Shown here piece after piece: positions 50,541-63,500 of a stretch of 64,000 nucleotides of DNA (positions within the stretch are counted from its first letter, which is position 1; each line of letters starts with the position of its first letter). The stretch is from Camelus dromedarius (Eukaryota): the NCBI RefSeq assembly GCF_036321535.1, contig NC_087436.1, positions 2,480,001 through 2,544,000 of the forward strand. Direction: 5' to 3'. Below the pieces are notes generated by a model. It was given only the letters and a program-made list of their open reading frames with translations, made no database searches and had not been told where the DNA came from. A program made the translations under genes and the position numbers.

Positions 50541-53500
50541 TTCCCAACAAGCTAGGTGAAGGACGGCTTTCACAGACACTTATCTCTCACAACTGAGCAT
50601 GTGGAGAGACGTTCGTTCATCTAGCACAAAGGGAACGGGTTGCATTAGAAAATTTTACTCTGGTTTCTCATTTTCTTTCCTAGTGCAGGTTTGAAGTTCC
50701 TGCAGTTTTCACTGTAAAAATGAGTTGGAGCTAGTACCTCCCCATAAATATTTATGGAGTGGAGTTTGCAAATGAAAAGAAACTTTGTGTTCCCAACAAG
50801 GTAGTTGAAGGACGGCTTTCACACAGACTTATTTCTGAGAACTGAGCATGTGGAGAGACGTTCGTTCATGTAGCACAAAGGGAACGTGTTGCAGGAGAAA
50901 CTTTTTCTCTGATTTCTCAGTCTGTTTCCTAGTGCCGGTTTGAATTTCCTGCAGTTTTCACTGTAAAACCGAGTTGGAGCTAGTACATCCCTATATATAT
51001 GTATGGAGTGGATTTTGCAACTGAAAAGAAATTTTGTGTTCCCAAAAAGCTAGCTGAAGGATGGCTTTCACACACAATTATCTCTCAGAACTGAGCATGT
51101 GGAGAGACGTTCGTTCATCTAGCACAAAAGGAATGGGTTGCAGGGGAAACTTTTTCTCTGGCCTCTCAGTCTGTTTCTTGGTGCCGGTTTGAAGTTCCTG
51201 CAGTTTTCACTCTAAAACCGACTTGGAGCTAGTACCTCCCCATATATATGTATGGAGTGGAGTTTGCAACTGAAAAGAAACTTTGTGTTCCAAACAAGCT
51301 AGGTGAAGTACGGCTTTCACACACACTTATCTCTCAGAACTGAGCATGTGGAGAGACCTTTGTTCATCTAGCACAAAGGGAACGGTTTGAAGGTTAAACT
51401 TTTACTCATTTTTCTCACTCTGTTTCCTAGTGCCGGTTTGAAGTTCCTGCAGGTTTCACTGTAAAACCGAGTTGGAGCTAGTACTTCCCCATATATATAT
51501 ATGGAGTGGATTTTGCAACTGAAAAGAAACTTTGTGTTCCCAACAAGCTAGGTGAAGGACGGCTTTCACACACACTTATCTCTCACAACTGAGCATGTGG
51601 AGAGACGTTCGTTCATCTAGCACAAAGGGAACGGGTTGCATTAGAAAATTTTACTCTGGTTTCTCATACTTTTTCCTAGTGCAGGTTTGAAGTTCCTGCA
51701 GTTTTCACTGTAAAAATGAGTTGGAGCTAGTACCTCCCCATAAATATGTATGGAGTGGAGTTTCCAACTGAAAAGAAACTTTGTGTTCCCAACAAGGTAG
51801 TTGAAGGACGGCTTTCACACAGACTTATCTCTGAGAACTGAGCATGTGGAGAGACGTTCGTTCATCTAGCACAAAGGGAACGTGTTGCAGGGGAAACTAT
51901 TACTCTGGTTTCTCAGTCTGTTTCCTAGTGCCGGTTTGAAGTTCCTGCAGTTTTCACTGTAAAACCGATTTGGAGCTAGTACCTCCCTATATATATGTAT
52001 GGAGTGGAGTTTGCAACTGAAAAGAAACTTTGTGTTCCCAACAAGCTAGGTGAAGGGCGGCTTTCACACACAATTATCTCTCAGAATTGAGCATGTGGAG
52101 AGACGTTCGTTCATCTAGCACAAAGGGAACGGGTTGCAGGGGAAACTTTTACTCTGGTTTCTCAGTCTGTTTCCTAGTGCCGGTTTGAAGTTCCTCCAGT
52201 TTTCACTGTAAAACCGAGTTGGAGCTAGAACCTCCCCATATATATGTATGGAGTGGAGTTTGCAACTGAAAAGAAACTTTGTGTTCCCAACAATCTTGGT
52301 GAAGGATGGCTTTCACACACACTTTCCTCTCAGAACTGAGCATGTGGAGAGACGTTCGTTCATCTAGCACAAAGGGAACGGCTTGCAGGAGAAACTTTTA
52401 CTCTGGTCTCTCAGTCTGTTTCCTAGTGCCGGTTTGAAGTTCCTGCAGTTTTCAATGTAAAACGGAGTTGGAGCTAGGGACTCCCCATATATATGTATGG
52501 AGTGGAGTTTGCAACTGAAAAGAAACTTTGAGTTCCCAACAAGCTAGGTGAAGGACGGTTTCACACACACTTATCTCTCAGAACTTATCATGTGGAGAGA
52601 CGTTCGTTCATGTAGCACAAAGGGAACGTGTTGCAGGAGAAACTTTTACTCTGATTTCTCAGACTGTTTCCTAGTGCCGGTTTGAAGTTCCTGCAGTTTT
52701 CACTGTAAAACCGAGTTGGAGCTAGTACATCCCTATATATATGTATGGAGTGGAGTTTGCAACTGAAAAGAAATTTTGTGTTCCCAACAAGCTAGCTGAA
52801 AGACGGCTTTCACACACAATTATCTCTCAGAACTGAGCATGTGGAGAGACGTTCGTTCATCTAGCACAAAAGGAACGGGTTGCAGGGGAAACTTTTTCTC
52901 TGGCCTCTCAGTCTGTTTCTTAGTGCCGGTTTGAAGTTCCTGCAGTTTTCACTGTAAAACAGACTTGGAGCTAGTACCTCCCCATATATATGTATGGAGT
53001 GGAGTTTGCAACTGAAAAGAAACTTTGTGTTCCAAACAAGCTAGGTGAAGTACGGCTTTCACACACACTTATCTCTCTGAACTGAGCATGTGGAGAGACG
53101 TTTGTTCATCTAGCACAAAGGGAACGGTTTGAAGGTTAAACTTTTACTCATTTTTCTCACTCTGTTTCCTAGTGCCGGTTTGAAGTTCCTGCAGGTTTCA
53201 CTGTAAAACTGAGTTGGAGCAAGTACTTCCCCATATATATTTATGGAGTGGATTTTGCAACTGAAAAGAAACTTTGTGTTCCCAACAAGCTAGGTGAAGG
53301 ACGGCTTTCACAGACACTTATCTCTCACAACTGAGCATGTGGAGAGACGTTCGTTCATCTAGCACAAAGGGAACGGGTTGCATTAGAAAATTTTACTCTG
53401 GTTTCTCAATCTCTTTCCTAGTGCAGGTTTGAAGTTCCTGCAGTTTTCACTGTAAAAATGAGTTGGAGCTAGTACCTCCCCATAAATATTTATGGAGTGG

Positions 53501-56500
53501 AGTTTGCAAATGAAAAGAAACTTTGTGTTCCCAACAAGGTAGTTGAAGGACGGCTTTCACACAGACTTATTTCTGAGAACTGAGCATGTGGAGAGACGTT
53601 CGTTCATGTAGCACAAAGGGAACGTGTTGCAGGAGAAACTTTTTCTCTGATTTCTCAGTCTGTTTCCTAGTGCCGGTTTGAATTTCCTGCAGTTTTCACT
53701 GTAAAACCGAGTTGGAGCTAGTACATCCCTATATATATGTATGGAGTGGATTTTGCAACTGAAAAGAAATTTTGTGTTCCCAAAAAGCTAGCTGAAGGAT
53801 GGCTTTCACACACAATTATCTCTCAGAACTAAGCATGTGGAGAGACGTTCGTTCATCTAGCACAAAAGGAACGGGTTGCAGGGGAAACTTTTTCTCTGGC
53901 CTCTCAGTCTGTTTCTTGGTGCCGGTTTGAAGTTCCTGCAGTTTTCACTCTAAAACCGACTTGGAGCTAGTACCTCCCCATATATATGTATGGAGTGGAG
54001 TTTGCAACTGAAAAGAAACTTTGTGTTCCAAACAAGCTAGGTGAAGTACGGCTTTCACACACACTTATCTCTCAGAACTGAGCATGTGGAGAGACCTTTG
54101 TTCATCTAGCACAAAGGGAACGGTTTGAAGGTTAAACTTTTACTCATTTTTCTCACTCTGTTTCCTAGTGCCGGTTTGAAGTTCCTGCAGGTTTCACTGT
54201 AAAACCGAGTTGGAGCTAGTACTTCCCCATATATATATATGGAGTGGATTTTGCAACTGAAAAGAAACTTTGTGTTCCCAACAAGCTAGGTGAAGGACGG
54301 CTTTCACACACACTTATCTCTCACAACTGAGCATGTGGAGAGACGTTCGTTCATCTAGCACAAAGGGAACGGGTTGCATTAGAAAATTTTACTCTGGTTT
54401 CTCATTCTTTTTCCTAGTGCAGGTTTGAAGTTCCTGCAGTTTTCACTGTAAAAATGAGTTGGAGCTAGTACCTCCACATAAATATGTATGGAGTGGAGTT
54501 TCCAACTGAAAAGAAACTTTGTGTTCCCAACAAGGTAGTTGAAGGACGGCTTTCACACAGACTTATCTCTGAGAACTGAGCATGTGGAGAGAAGTTCGTT
54601 CATCTAGCACAAAGGGAACGTGTTGCAGGGGAAACTATTACTCTGGTTTCTCAGTCTGTTTCCTAGTGCCGGTTTGAAGTTCCTGCAGTTTTCACTGTAA
54701 AACCGATTTGGAGCTAGTACCTCCCTATATATATGTATGGAGTGGAGTTTGCAACTGAAAAGAAACTTTGTGTTCCCAACAAGCTAGGTGAAGGGCGGCT
54801 TTCACACACAATTATCTCTCAGAATTGAGCATGTGGAGAGACGTTCGTTCATCTAGCACAAAGGGAACGGGTTGCAGGGGAAACTTTTACTCTGGTTTCT
54901 CAGTCTGTTTCCTAGTGCCGGTTTGAAGTTCCTCCAGTTTTCACTGTAAAACCGAGTTGGAGCTAGAACCTCCCCATATATATGTATGGAGTGGAGTTTG
55001 CAACTGAAAAGAAACTTTGTGTTCCCAACAATCTTGGTGAAGGATGGCTTTCACACACACTTTCCTCTCAGAACTGAGCATGTGGAGAGACGTTCGTTCA
55101 TCTAGCACAAAGGGAACGGCTTGCAGGAGAAACTTTTACTCTGGTCTCTCAGTCTGTTTCCTAGTGCCGGTTTGAAGTTCCTGCAGTTTTCACTGTAAAA
55201 CGGAGTTGGAGCTAGGGACTCCCCATATATATGTATGGAGTGGAGTTTGCAACTGAAAAGAAACTTTGATTTCCCAACAAGCTAGGTGAAGGACGGTTTC
55301 ACACACACTTATCTCTCAGAACTTATCATGTGGAGAGACGTTCGTTCATGTAGCACAAAGGGAACGTGTTGCAGGAGAAACTTTTACTCTGATTTCTCAG
55401 ACTGTTTCCTAGTGCCGGTTTGAAGTTCCTGCAGTTTTCACTGTAAAACCGAGTTGGAGCTAGTACATCCCTATATATATGTATGGAGTGGAGTTTGCAA
55501 CTGAAAAGAAATTTTGTGTTCACAACAAGCTAGCTGAAAGACGGCTTTCACACACAATTATCTCTCAGAACTGAGCATGTGGAGAGACGTTCGTTCATCT
55601 AGCACAAAAGGAACGGGTTGCAGGGGAAACTTTTTCTCTGGCCTCTCAGTCTGTTTGTTAGTGCCGGTTTGAAGTTCCTGCAGTTTTCACTGTAAAACCG
55701 AGTTGGAGCTAGTACCTCCCCATATATATGTATGGAGTGGAGTTTGCAACTGAAAAGAAACTTTGTGTTCCAAACAAGCTAGGTGAAGTACGGCTTTCAC
55801 ACACACTTATCTCTCTGAACTGAGCATGTGGAGAGACGTTTGTTCATCTAGCACAAAGGGAACGGTTTGAAGGTTAAACTTTTACTCATTTTTCTCACTC
55901 TGTTTCCTAGTGCCGGTTTGAAGTTCCTGCAGGTTTCACTGTAAAACCGAGTTGGAGCAAGTACTTCCCCATATATATTTATGGAGTGGATTTTGCAACT
56001 GAAAAGAAACTTTGTGTTCCCAACAAGCTAGGTGAAGGACGGCTTTCACAGACACTTATCTCTCACAACTGAGCATGTGGAGAGACGTTCGTTCATCTAG
56101 CACAAAGGGAACGGGTTGCATTAGAAAATTTTACTCTGGTTTCTCATTCTCTTTCCTAGTGCAGGTTTGAAGTTCCTGCAGTTTTCACTGTAAAAATGAG
56201 TTGGAGCTAGTACCTCCCCATAAATATTTATGGAGTGGAGTTTGCAAATGAAAAGAAACTTTGTGTTCCCAACAAGGTAGTTGAAGGACGGCTTTCACAC
56301 AGACTTATTTCTGAGAACTAAGCATGTGGAGAGACGTTCGTTCATGTAGCACAAAGGGAACGTGTTGCAGGAGAAACTTTTTCTCTGATTTCTCAGTCTG
56401 TTTCCTAGTGCCGGTTTGAATTTCCTGCAGTTTTCACTGTAAAACCGAGTTGGAGCTAGTACATCCCTATATATATGTATGGAGTGGATTTTGCAACTGA

Positions 56501-57590
56501 AAAGAAATTTTGTGTTCCCAAAAAGCTAGCTGAAGGATGGCTTTCACACACAATTATCTCTCAGAACTGAGCATGTGGAGAGACGTTCGTTCATCTAGCA
56601 CAAAAGGAACGGGTTGCAGGGGAAACTTTTTCTCTGGCCTCTCAGTCTGTTTCTTGGTGCCGGTTTGAAGTTCCTGCAGTTTTCACTGTAAAACCGAGTT
56701 GGAGCTAGTACCTCCCCACATATATGTATGGATAGGAGTTTGCAACTGAAAAGAAACTTTGTGTTCCAAACAAGCTAGGTGAAGTACGGCTTTCACACAC
56801 ACTTATCTCTCAGAACTGAGCATGTGGAGAGACGTTTGTTCATCTAGCACAAACGGAACGGTTTGAAGGTTAAACTTTTACTCATTTTTTTCACTCTGTT
56901 TCCTAGTGCCGGTTTGAAGTTCCTGCAGTTTTCACTGTAAAACCGAGTTGAAGCTAGTACCTCCCCATATATATATATGGAGTGGATTTTGCAACTGAAA
57001 AGAAACTTTGTGTTCCAAACAAGCTAGGTGAAGGACGGCTTTCACACACACTTATCTCTCACAACTGAGCATGTGGAGAGACGTTCGTTCATCTAGCACA
57101 AAGGGAACGGTTTGCATTAGAAAATTTTACTCTGGTTTCTCATTCTTTTTCCTAGTGCAGGTTTGAAGTTCCTGCAGTTTTCACTGTAAAAATGAGTTGG
57201 AGCTAGTACCTCCCCATAAATATGTATGGAGTGGAGTTTCCAACTGAAAAGAAACTTTGTGTTCCCAACAAGGTAGTTGAAGGACGGCTTTCACACAGAC
57301 TTATCTCTGAGAACTGAGCATGTGGAGAGACGTTCGTTCATCTAGCACAAAGGGAACGTGTTGCAGGGGAAACTATTACTCTGGTTTCTCAGTCTGTTTC
57401 CTAGTGCCGGTTTGAAGTTCCTGCAGTTTTCACTGTAAAACCGATTTGGAGCTAGTACCTCCCTATATATATGTATGGAGTGGAGTTTGCAACTGAAAAG
57501 AAACTTTGTGTTCCCAACAAGCTAGGTGAAGGGCGGCTTTCACACACAATAATCTCTCAGAATTGAGCATATGGAGAGACGTTCGTTCAT
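49860..57590. repeat. 11-monomer HOR (2738 bp), about 2.8 copies
   Basis: TGAAGGGCGG at 52051/54789/57527; ACATCCCTAT followed by GATTTTG at 50985/53723/56461; GAGACCTTTG at 51353/54091. Confidence 0.9.
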
Positions 57591-60500
57591 CTAGCACAAA
57601 AGGAACGGGTTGCAGGGGAAACTTTTCCTCTGGCCTCTCAGTCTGTTTCCTAGTGCCGGTTTGAAGTTCCTGAAGTTTTCACTGTAAAACCGATTTGGAG
57701 CTAGTACCTCCCCATATATATGTATGGAGTGGAGATTGCAACTGAAAGAAACTTTGTGTTCCCAACAAGCTAGGTGAAGGACGGCTTTCACACACACTTA
57801 TCTCTCAGAACTGAGCATGTGGAGAGACGTTCGTTCATCTAGCACAAAGGGAACGTGTTGCAGGAGAAACTTTTACTCTGGTCTCTCAGTCTGTTTCCTA
57901 GTGCAGGTTTGAAGTTCCTGCAGTTTTCACTGTAAAACCGAGTTGGAGCTAGTACCTCCCCTTATATATGTATGGAGTGGAGTTTTCAACTGAAAAGAAA
58001 CTTTGTGTTCCCAACAAGCTAGGTGAAGGACGGCTTTCACTCACACTTATCTCTCAGAACTGAGCATGTGGAGAGACGTTCGTTCACCTAGCACAAAGGG
58101 AAAAGTTTGCAGGAGAAACTTTTACTCTGTCTTCTCAGTCTGTTTCCTAGTGCCGGTTTGAAGTTCCTGCAGTATTCACTGTAAAACCGAGTTGGAGCTA
58201 GTACCTCCCCTTATATATGTATGGAGTGGACTTTGCAACTGAAAAGAAACTTTGTGTTCCCAACAATCTTGGTGAAGGACGGCTTTCACACACACTTATC
58301 TCTCAGAACTGAGCATGTGGAGAGACGTTCGTTCATCTAGCACAAAGGGAACGGCTTGCAGGAGAAACATTTACTCTGGTTTCTCAGTCTGTTTCCTAGT
58401 GCCGGTTTGAAGTTCCTGCAGTTTTCACTGTAAAACGGAGTTGGAGCTAGGGTCTCCCCATATATATGTATGGAGTGGAGTTTGCAACTGAAAAGAACTT
58501 TGAGTTCCCAACAAGCTAGGGGAAGGACGGCTTTCACACACACTTATCTCTCAGAACGTAGCATGTGGAGAGACGTTCGTTCATCTAGCACAAAGAGAAC
58601 TGGTTGCAGGAGAAACTTTTACTCTGGTTTCTCAGTCTGTTTCCTAGTGCCGGTTTGAAGTTCCTGCAGTTTTCACTGTAAAACCGAGTTGGAGCTAGTA
58701 CCTCCCTATATATATGTATGGAGTGGAGTTTGCAACTGAAAAGAAACTTTGTGTTCCCAACAAGCTAGGTGAAGTACTACTTTCACACACACTTATCTCT
58801 CAGAACTGAGCATGTGGAGAGACGTTCGTTCATGTAGCACAAAGGGAACGTGTTGCAGGAGAAACTTTTACTCTGATTTCTCAGACTCTTTCCTAGTGCC
58901 AGTTTGAAGTTCCTGCAGTTTTCACTGTAAAACCGAGTTGGAGCTAGTACCTCCCTATATATATGTATGGAGTGGAGTTTGCAACTGAAAAGAAATTTTG
59001 TGTTCCCAACAAGCTAGCTGAAAGACGGCTTTCACACACAATTATCTCTCAGAACTGAGCATGTGGAGAGACGTTCGTTCATCTAGCACAAAAGGAACGG
59101 GTTGCAGGGGAAACTTTTTCTCTGGCCTCTCAGTCTGTTTCTTAGTGCCGGTTTGAAGTTCCTGCAGTTTTCACTGTAAAACCGACTTGGAGCTAGTACC
59201 TCCCCATATATATGTATGGAGTGGAGTTTGCAACTGAAAAGAAACTTTGTGTTCCAAACAAGCTAGGTGAAGTACGGCATTCACACACACTTATCTCTCA
59301 GAACTGAGCATGTGGAGAGACGTTTGTTCATCTAGCACAAAGGGAACGGTTTGAAGGTTAAACTTTTACTCATTTTTCTCACTCTGTTTCCTAGTGCCGG
59401 TTTGAAGTTCCTGCAGGTTTCACTGTAAAACCGAGTTGGAGCTAGTACTTCCCCATATATATATATGGAGTGGATTTTGCAACTGAAAAGAAACTTTGTG
59501 TTCCCAACAAGCTAGGTGAAGGACGGCTTTCACAGACACTTATCTCTCACAACTGAGCATGTGGAGAGACGTTCGTTCATCTAGCACAAAGGGAACGGGT
59601 TGCATTAGAAAATTTTACTCTGGTTTCTCATTCTCTTTCCTAGTGCAGGTTTGAAGTTCCTGCAGTTTTCACTGTAAAAATGAGTTGGAGCTAGTACCTC
59701 CCCATAAATATTTATGGAGTGGAGTTTGCAAATGAAAAGAAACTTTGTGTTCCCAACAAGGTAGTTGAAGGACGGCTTTCACACAGACTTATTTCTGAGA
59801 ACTAAGCATGTGGAGAGACGTTCGTTCATGTAGCACAAAGGGAACGTGTTGCAGGAGAAACTTTTTCTCTGATTTCTCAGTCTGTTTCCTAGTGCCGGTT
59901 TGAATTTCCTGCAGTTTTCACTGTAAAACCGAGTTGGAGCTAGTACATCCCTATATATATGTATGGAGTGGATTTTGCAACTGAAAAGAAATTTTGTGTT
60001 CCCAAAAAGCTAGCTGAAGGATGGCTTTCACACACAATTATCTCTCAGAACTGAGCATGTGGAGAGACGTTCGTTCATCTAGCACAAAAGGAACGGGTTG
60101 CAGGGGAAACTTTTTCTCTGGCCTCTCAGTCTGTTTCTTGGTGCCGGTTTGAAGTTCCTGCAGTTTTCACTGTAAAACCGAGTTGGAGCTAGTACCTCCC
60201 CACATATATGTATGGATAGGAGTTTGCAACTGAAAAGAAACTTTGTGTTCCCAACAAGCTAGGTGAAGTACGGCTTTCACACACACTTATCTCTCAGAAC
60301 TGAGCATGTGGAGAGACGTTTGTTCATCTAGCACAAACGGAACGGTTTGAAGGTTAAACTTTTACTCATTTTTTTCACTCTGTTTCCTAGTGCCGGTTTG
60401 AAGTTCCTGCAGTTTTCACTGTAAAACCGAGTTGAAGCTAGTACCTCCCCATATATATATATGGAGTGGATTTTGCAACTGAAAAGAAACTTTGTGTTCC

Positions 60501-63500
60501 CAACAAGCTAGGTGAAGGACGGCTTTCACACACACTTATCTCTCACAACTGAGCATGTGGAGAGACGTTCGTTCATCTAGCACAAAGGGAACGGTTTGCA
60601 TTAGAAAATTTTACTCTGGTTTCTCATTCTTTTTCCTAGTGCAGGTTTGAAGTTCCTGCAGTTTTCACTGTAAAAATGAGTTGGAGCTAGTACCTCCCCA
60701 TAAATATGTATGGAGTGGAGTTTCCAACTGAAAAGAAACTTTGTGTTCCCAACAAGGTAGTTGAAGGACGGCTTTCACACAGACTTATCTCTGAGAACTG
60801 AGCATGTGGAGAGACGTTCGTTCATCTAGCACAAAGGGAACGTGTTGCAGGGGAAACTATTACTCTGGTTTCTCAGTCTGTTTCCTAGTGCCGGTTTGAA
60901 GTTCCTGCAGTTTTCACTGTAAAACCGATTTGGAGCTAGTACCTCCCTATATATATGTATGGAGTGGAGTTTGCAACTGAAAAGAAACTTTGTGTTCCCA
61001 ACAAGCTAGGTGAAGGGCGGCTTTCACACACAATATTCTCTCAGATTTGAGCATGTGGAGAGACGTTCGTTCATCTAGCACAAAAGGAACGGGTTGCAGA
61101 TGAAACTTTTCCTCTGGCCTCTCAGTCTGTTTCCTAGTGCCGGTTTGAAGTTCCTGCAGTTTTCACTGTAAAACCGATTTGGAGCTAGTACCTCCCCATA
61201 TATATGTATGGAGTGGAGATTGCAACTGAAAGAAACTTTGTGTTCCCAACAAGCTAGGTGAAGGACGGCTTTCACACACACTTATCTCTGAGAACTGAGC
61301 ATGTGGAGAGACGTTCGTTCATCTAGCACAAAGGGAACGTGTTGCAGGAGAAACTTTTACTCTGGTCTCTCAGTCTGTTTCCTAGTGCAGGTTTGAAGTT
61401 CCTGCAGTTTTCACTGTAAAACCGAGTTGGAGCTAGTACCTCCCCTTATATATGTATGGAGTGGAGTTTTCAACTGAAAAGAAACTTTGTGTTCCCAACA
61501 AGCTAGGTGAAGGACGGCTTTCACACACAATTATCTCTCAGAACTGAGCATGTGGAGAGACGTTCGTTCACCTAGCACAAAGGGAAAAGTTTGCAGGAGA
61601 AACTTTTACTCTGTCTTCTCAGTCTGTTTCCTAGTGCCGGTTTGAAGTTCCTGCAGTATTCACTGTAAAACCGAGTTGGAGCTAGTACCTCCCCTTATAT
61701 ATGTATGGAGTGGACTTTGCAACTGAAAAGAAACTTTGTGTTCCCAACAATCTTGGTGAAGGACGGCTTTCACACACACTTATCTCTCAGAACTGAGCAT
61801 GTGGAGAGACGTTCGTTCATCTAGCACAAAGGGAACGGCTTGCAGGAGAAACTTTTACTCTGGTTTCTCAGTCTGTTTCCTAGTGCCGGGTTGAAGTTCC
61901 TGCAGTTTTCACTGTAAAACGGAGTTGGAGCTAGGGTCTCCCCATATATATGTATGGAGTGGAGTTTGCAACTGAAAAGAACTTTGAGTTCCCAACAAGC
62001 TAGGGGAAGGACGGCTTTCACACACACTTATCTCTCAGAACGTAGCATGTGGAGAGACGTTCGTTCATCTAGCACAAAGAGAACTGGTTGCAGGAGAAAC
62101 TTTTACTCTGGTTTCTCAGTCTGTTTCCTAGTGCCGGTTTGAAGTTCCTGCAGTTTTCACTGTAAAACCGAGTTGGAGCTAGTACCTCCCTATATATATG
62201 TATGGAGTGGAGTTTGCAACTGAAAAGAAACTTTGTGTTCCCAACAAGCTAGGTGAAGTACTACTTTCACACACAATTATCTCTCAGAACTGAGCATGTG
62301 GAGAGACGTTCGTTCATCTAGCACAAAAGGAACGGGTTGCAGGGGAAACTTTTTCTCTGGCCTCTCAGTCTGTTTCTTAGTGCCGGTTTGAAGTTCCTGC
62401 AGTTTTCACTGTAAAACCGACTTGGAGCTAGTACCTCCCCATATATATGTATGGAGTGGAGTTTGCAACTGAAAAGAAACTTTGTGTTCCAAACAAGCTA
62501 GGTGAAGTACGGCATTCACACACACTTATCTCTCAGAACTGAGCATGTGGAGAGACGTTTGTTCATCTAGCACAAAGGGAACGGTTTGAAGGTTAAACTT
62601 TTTCTCATTTTTCTCACTCTGTTTCCTAGTGCCGGTTTGAAGTTCCTGCAGGTTTCACTGTAAAACCGAGTTGGAGCTAGTACTTCCCCATATATATATA
62701 TGGAGTGGATTTTGCAACTGAAAAGAAACTTTGTGTTCCCAACAAGCTAGGTGAAGGACGGCTTTCACACACACTTATCTCTCACAACTGAGCATGTGGA
62801 GAGACGTTCGTTCATCTAGCACAAAGGGAAAGGGTTGCATTAGAAAATTTTACTCTGGTTTCTCATTCTCTTTCCTAGTGCAGGTTTGAAGTTCCTGCAG
62901 TTTTCACTGTAAAAATGAGTTGGAGCTAGTACCTCCCCATAAATATTTATGGAGTGGAGTTTGCAAATGAAAAGAAACTTTGTGTTCCCAACAAGGTAGT
63001 TGAAGGACGGCTTTCACACAGACTTATTTCTGAGAACTGAGCATGTGGAGAGACGTTCGTTCATGTAGCACAAAGGAAACGTGTTGCAGGAGAAACTTTT
63101 TCTCTGATTTCTCAGTCTGTTTCCTAGTGCCGGTTTGAATTTCCTGCAGTTTTCACTGTAAAACCGAGTTGGAGCTAGTACATCCCTATATATATGTATG
63201 GAGTGGATTTTGCAACTGAAAAGAAATTTTGTGTTCCCAAAAAGCTAGCTGAAGGATGGATTTCACACACAATTATCTCTCAGAACTGAGCATGTGGAGA
63301 GACGTTCGTTCATCTAGCACAAAAGGAACGGGTTGCAGGGGAAACTTTTTCTCTGGCCTCTCAGTCTGTTTCTTGGTGCCGGTTTGAAGTTCCTGCAGTT
63401 TTCACTGTAAAACCGAGTTGGAGCTAGTACCTCCCCACATATATGTATGGAGAGGAGTTTGCAACTGAAAAGAAACTTTGTGTTCCAAACAAGCTAGGTG

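Noticed and set aside
166..62142. All 60-84 aa ORFs in the supplied track (MCVKAVLHLACWE.., MYGVEFATEKK.., MLDERTSL.. and others)
   Set aside because: Each is about one monomer long or less, occurs in several frames on both strands, and opens or closes with chance indels and stop-codon changes. I see no recognisable domain or gene structure. I used them only as positional markers.
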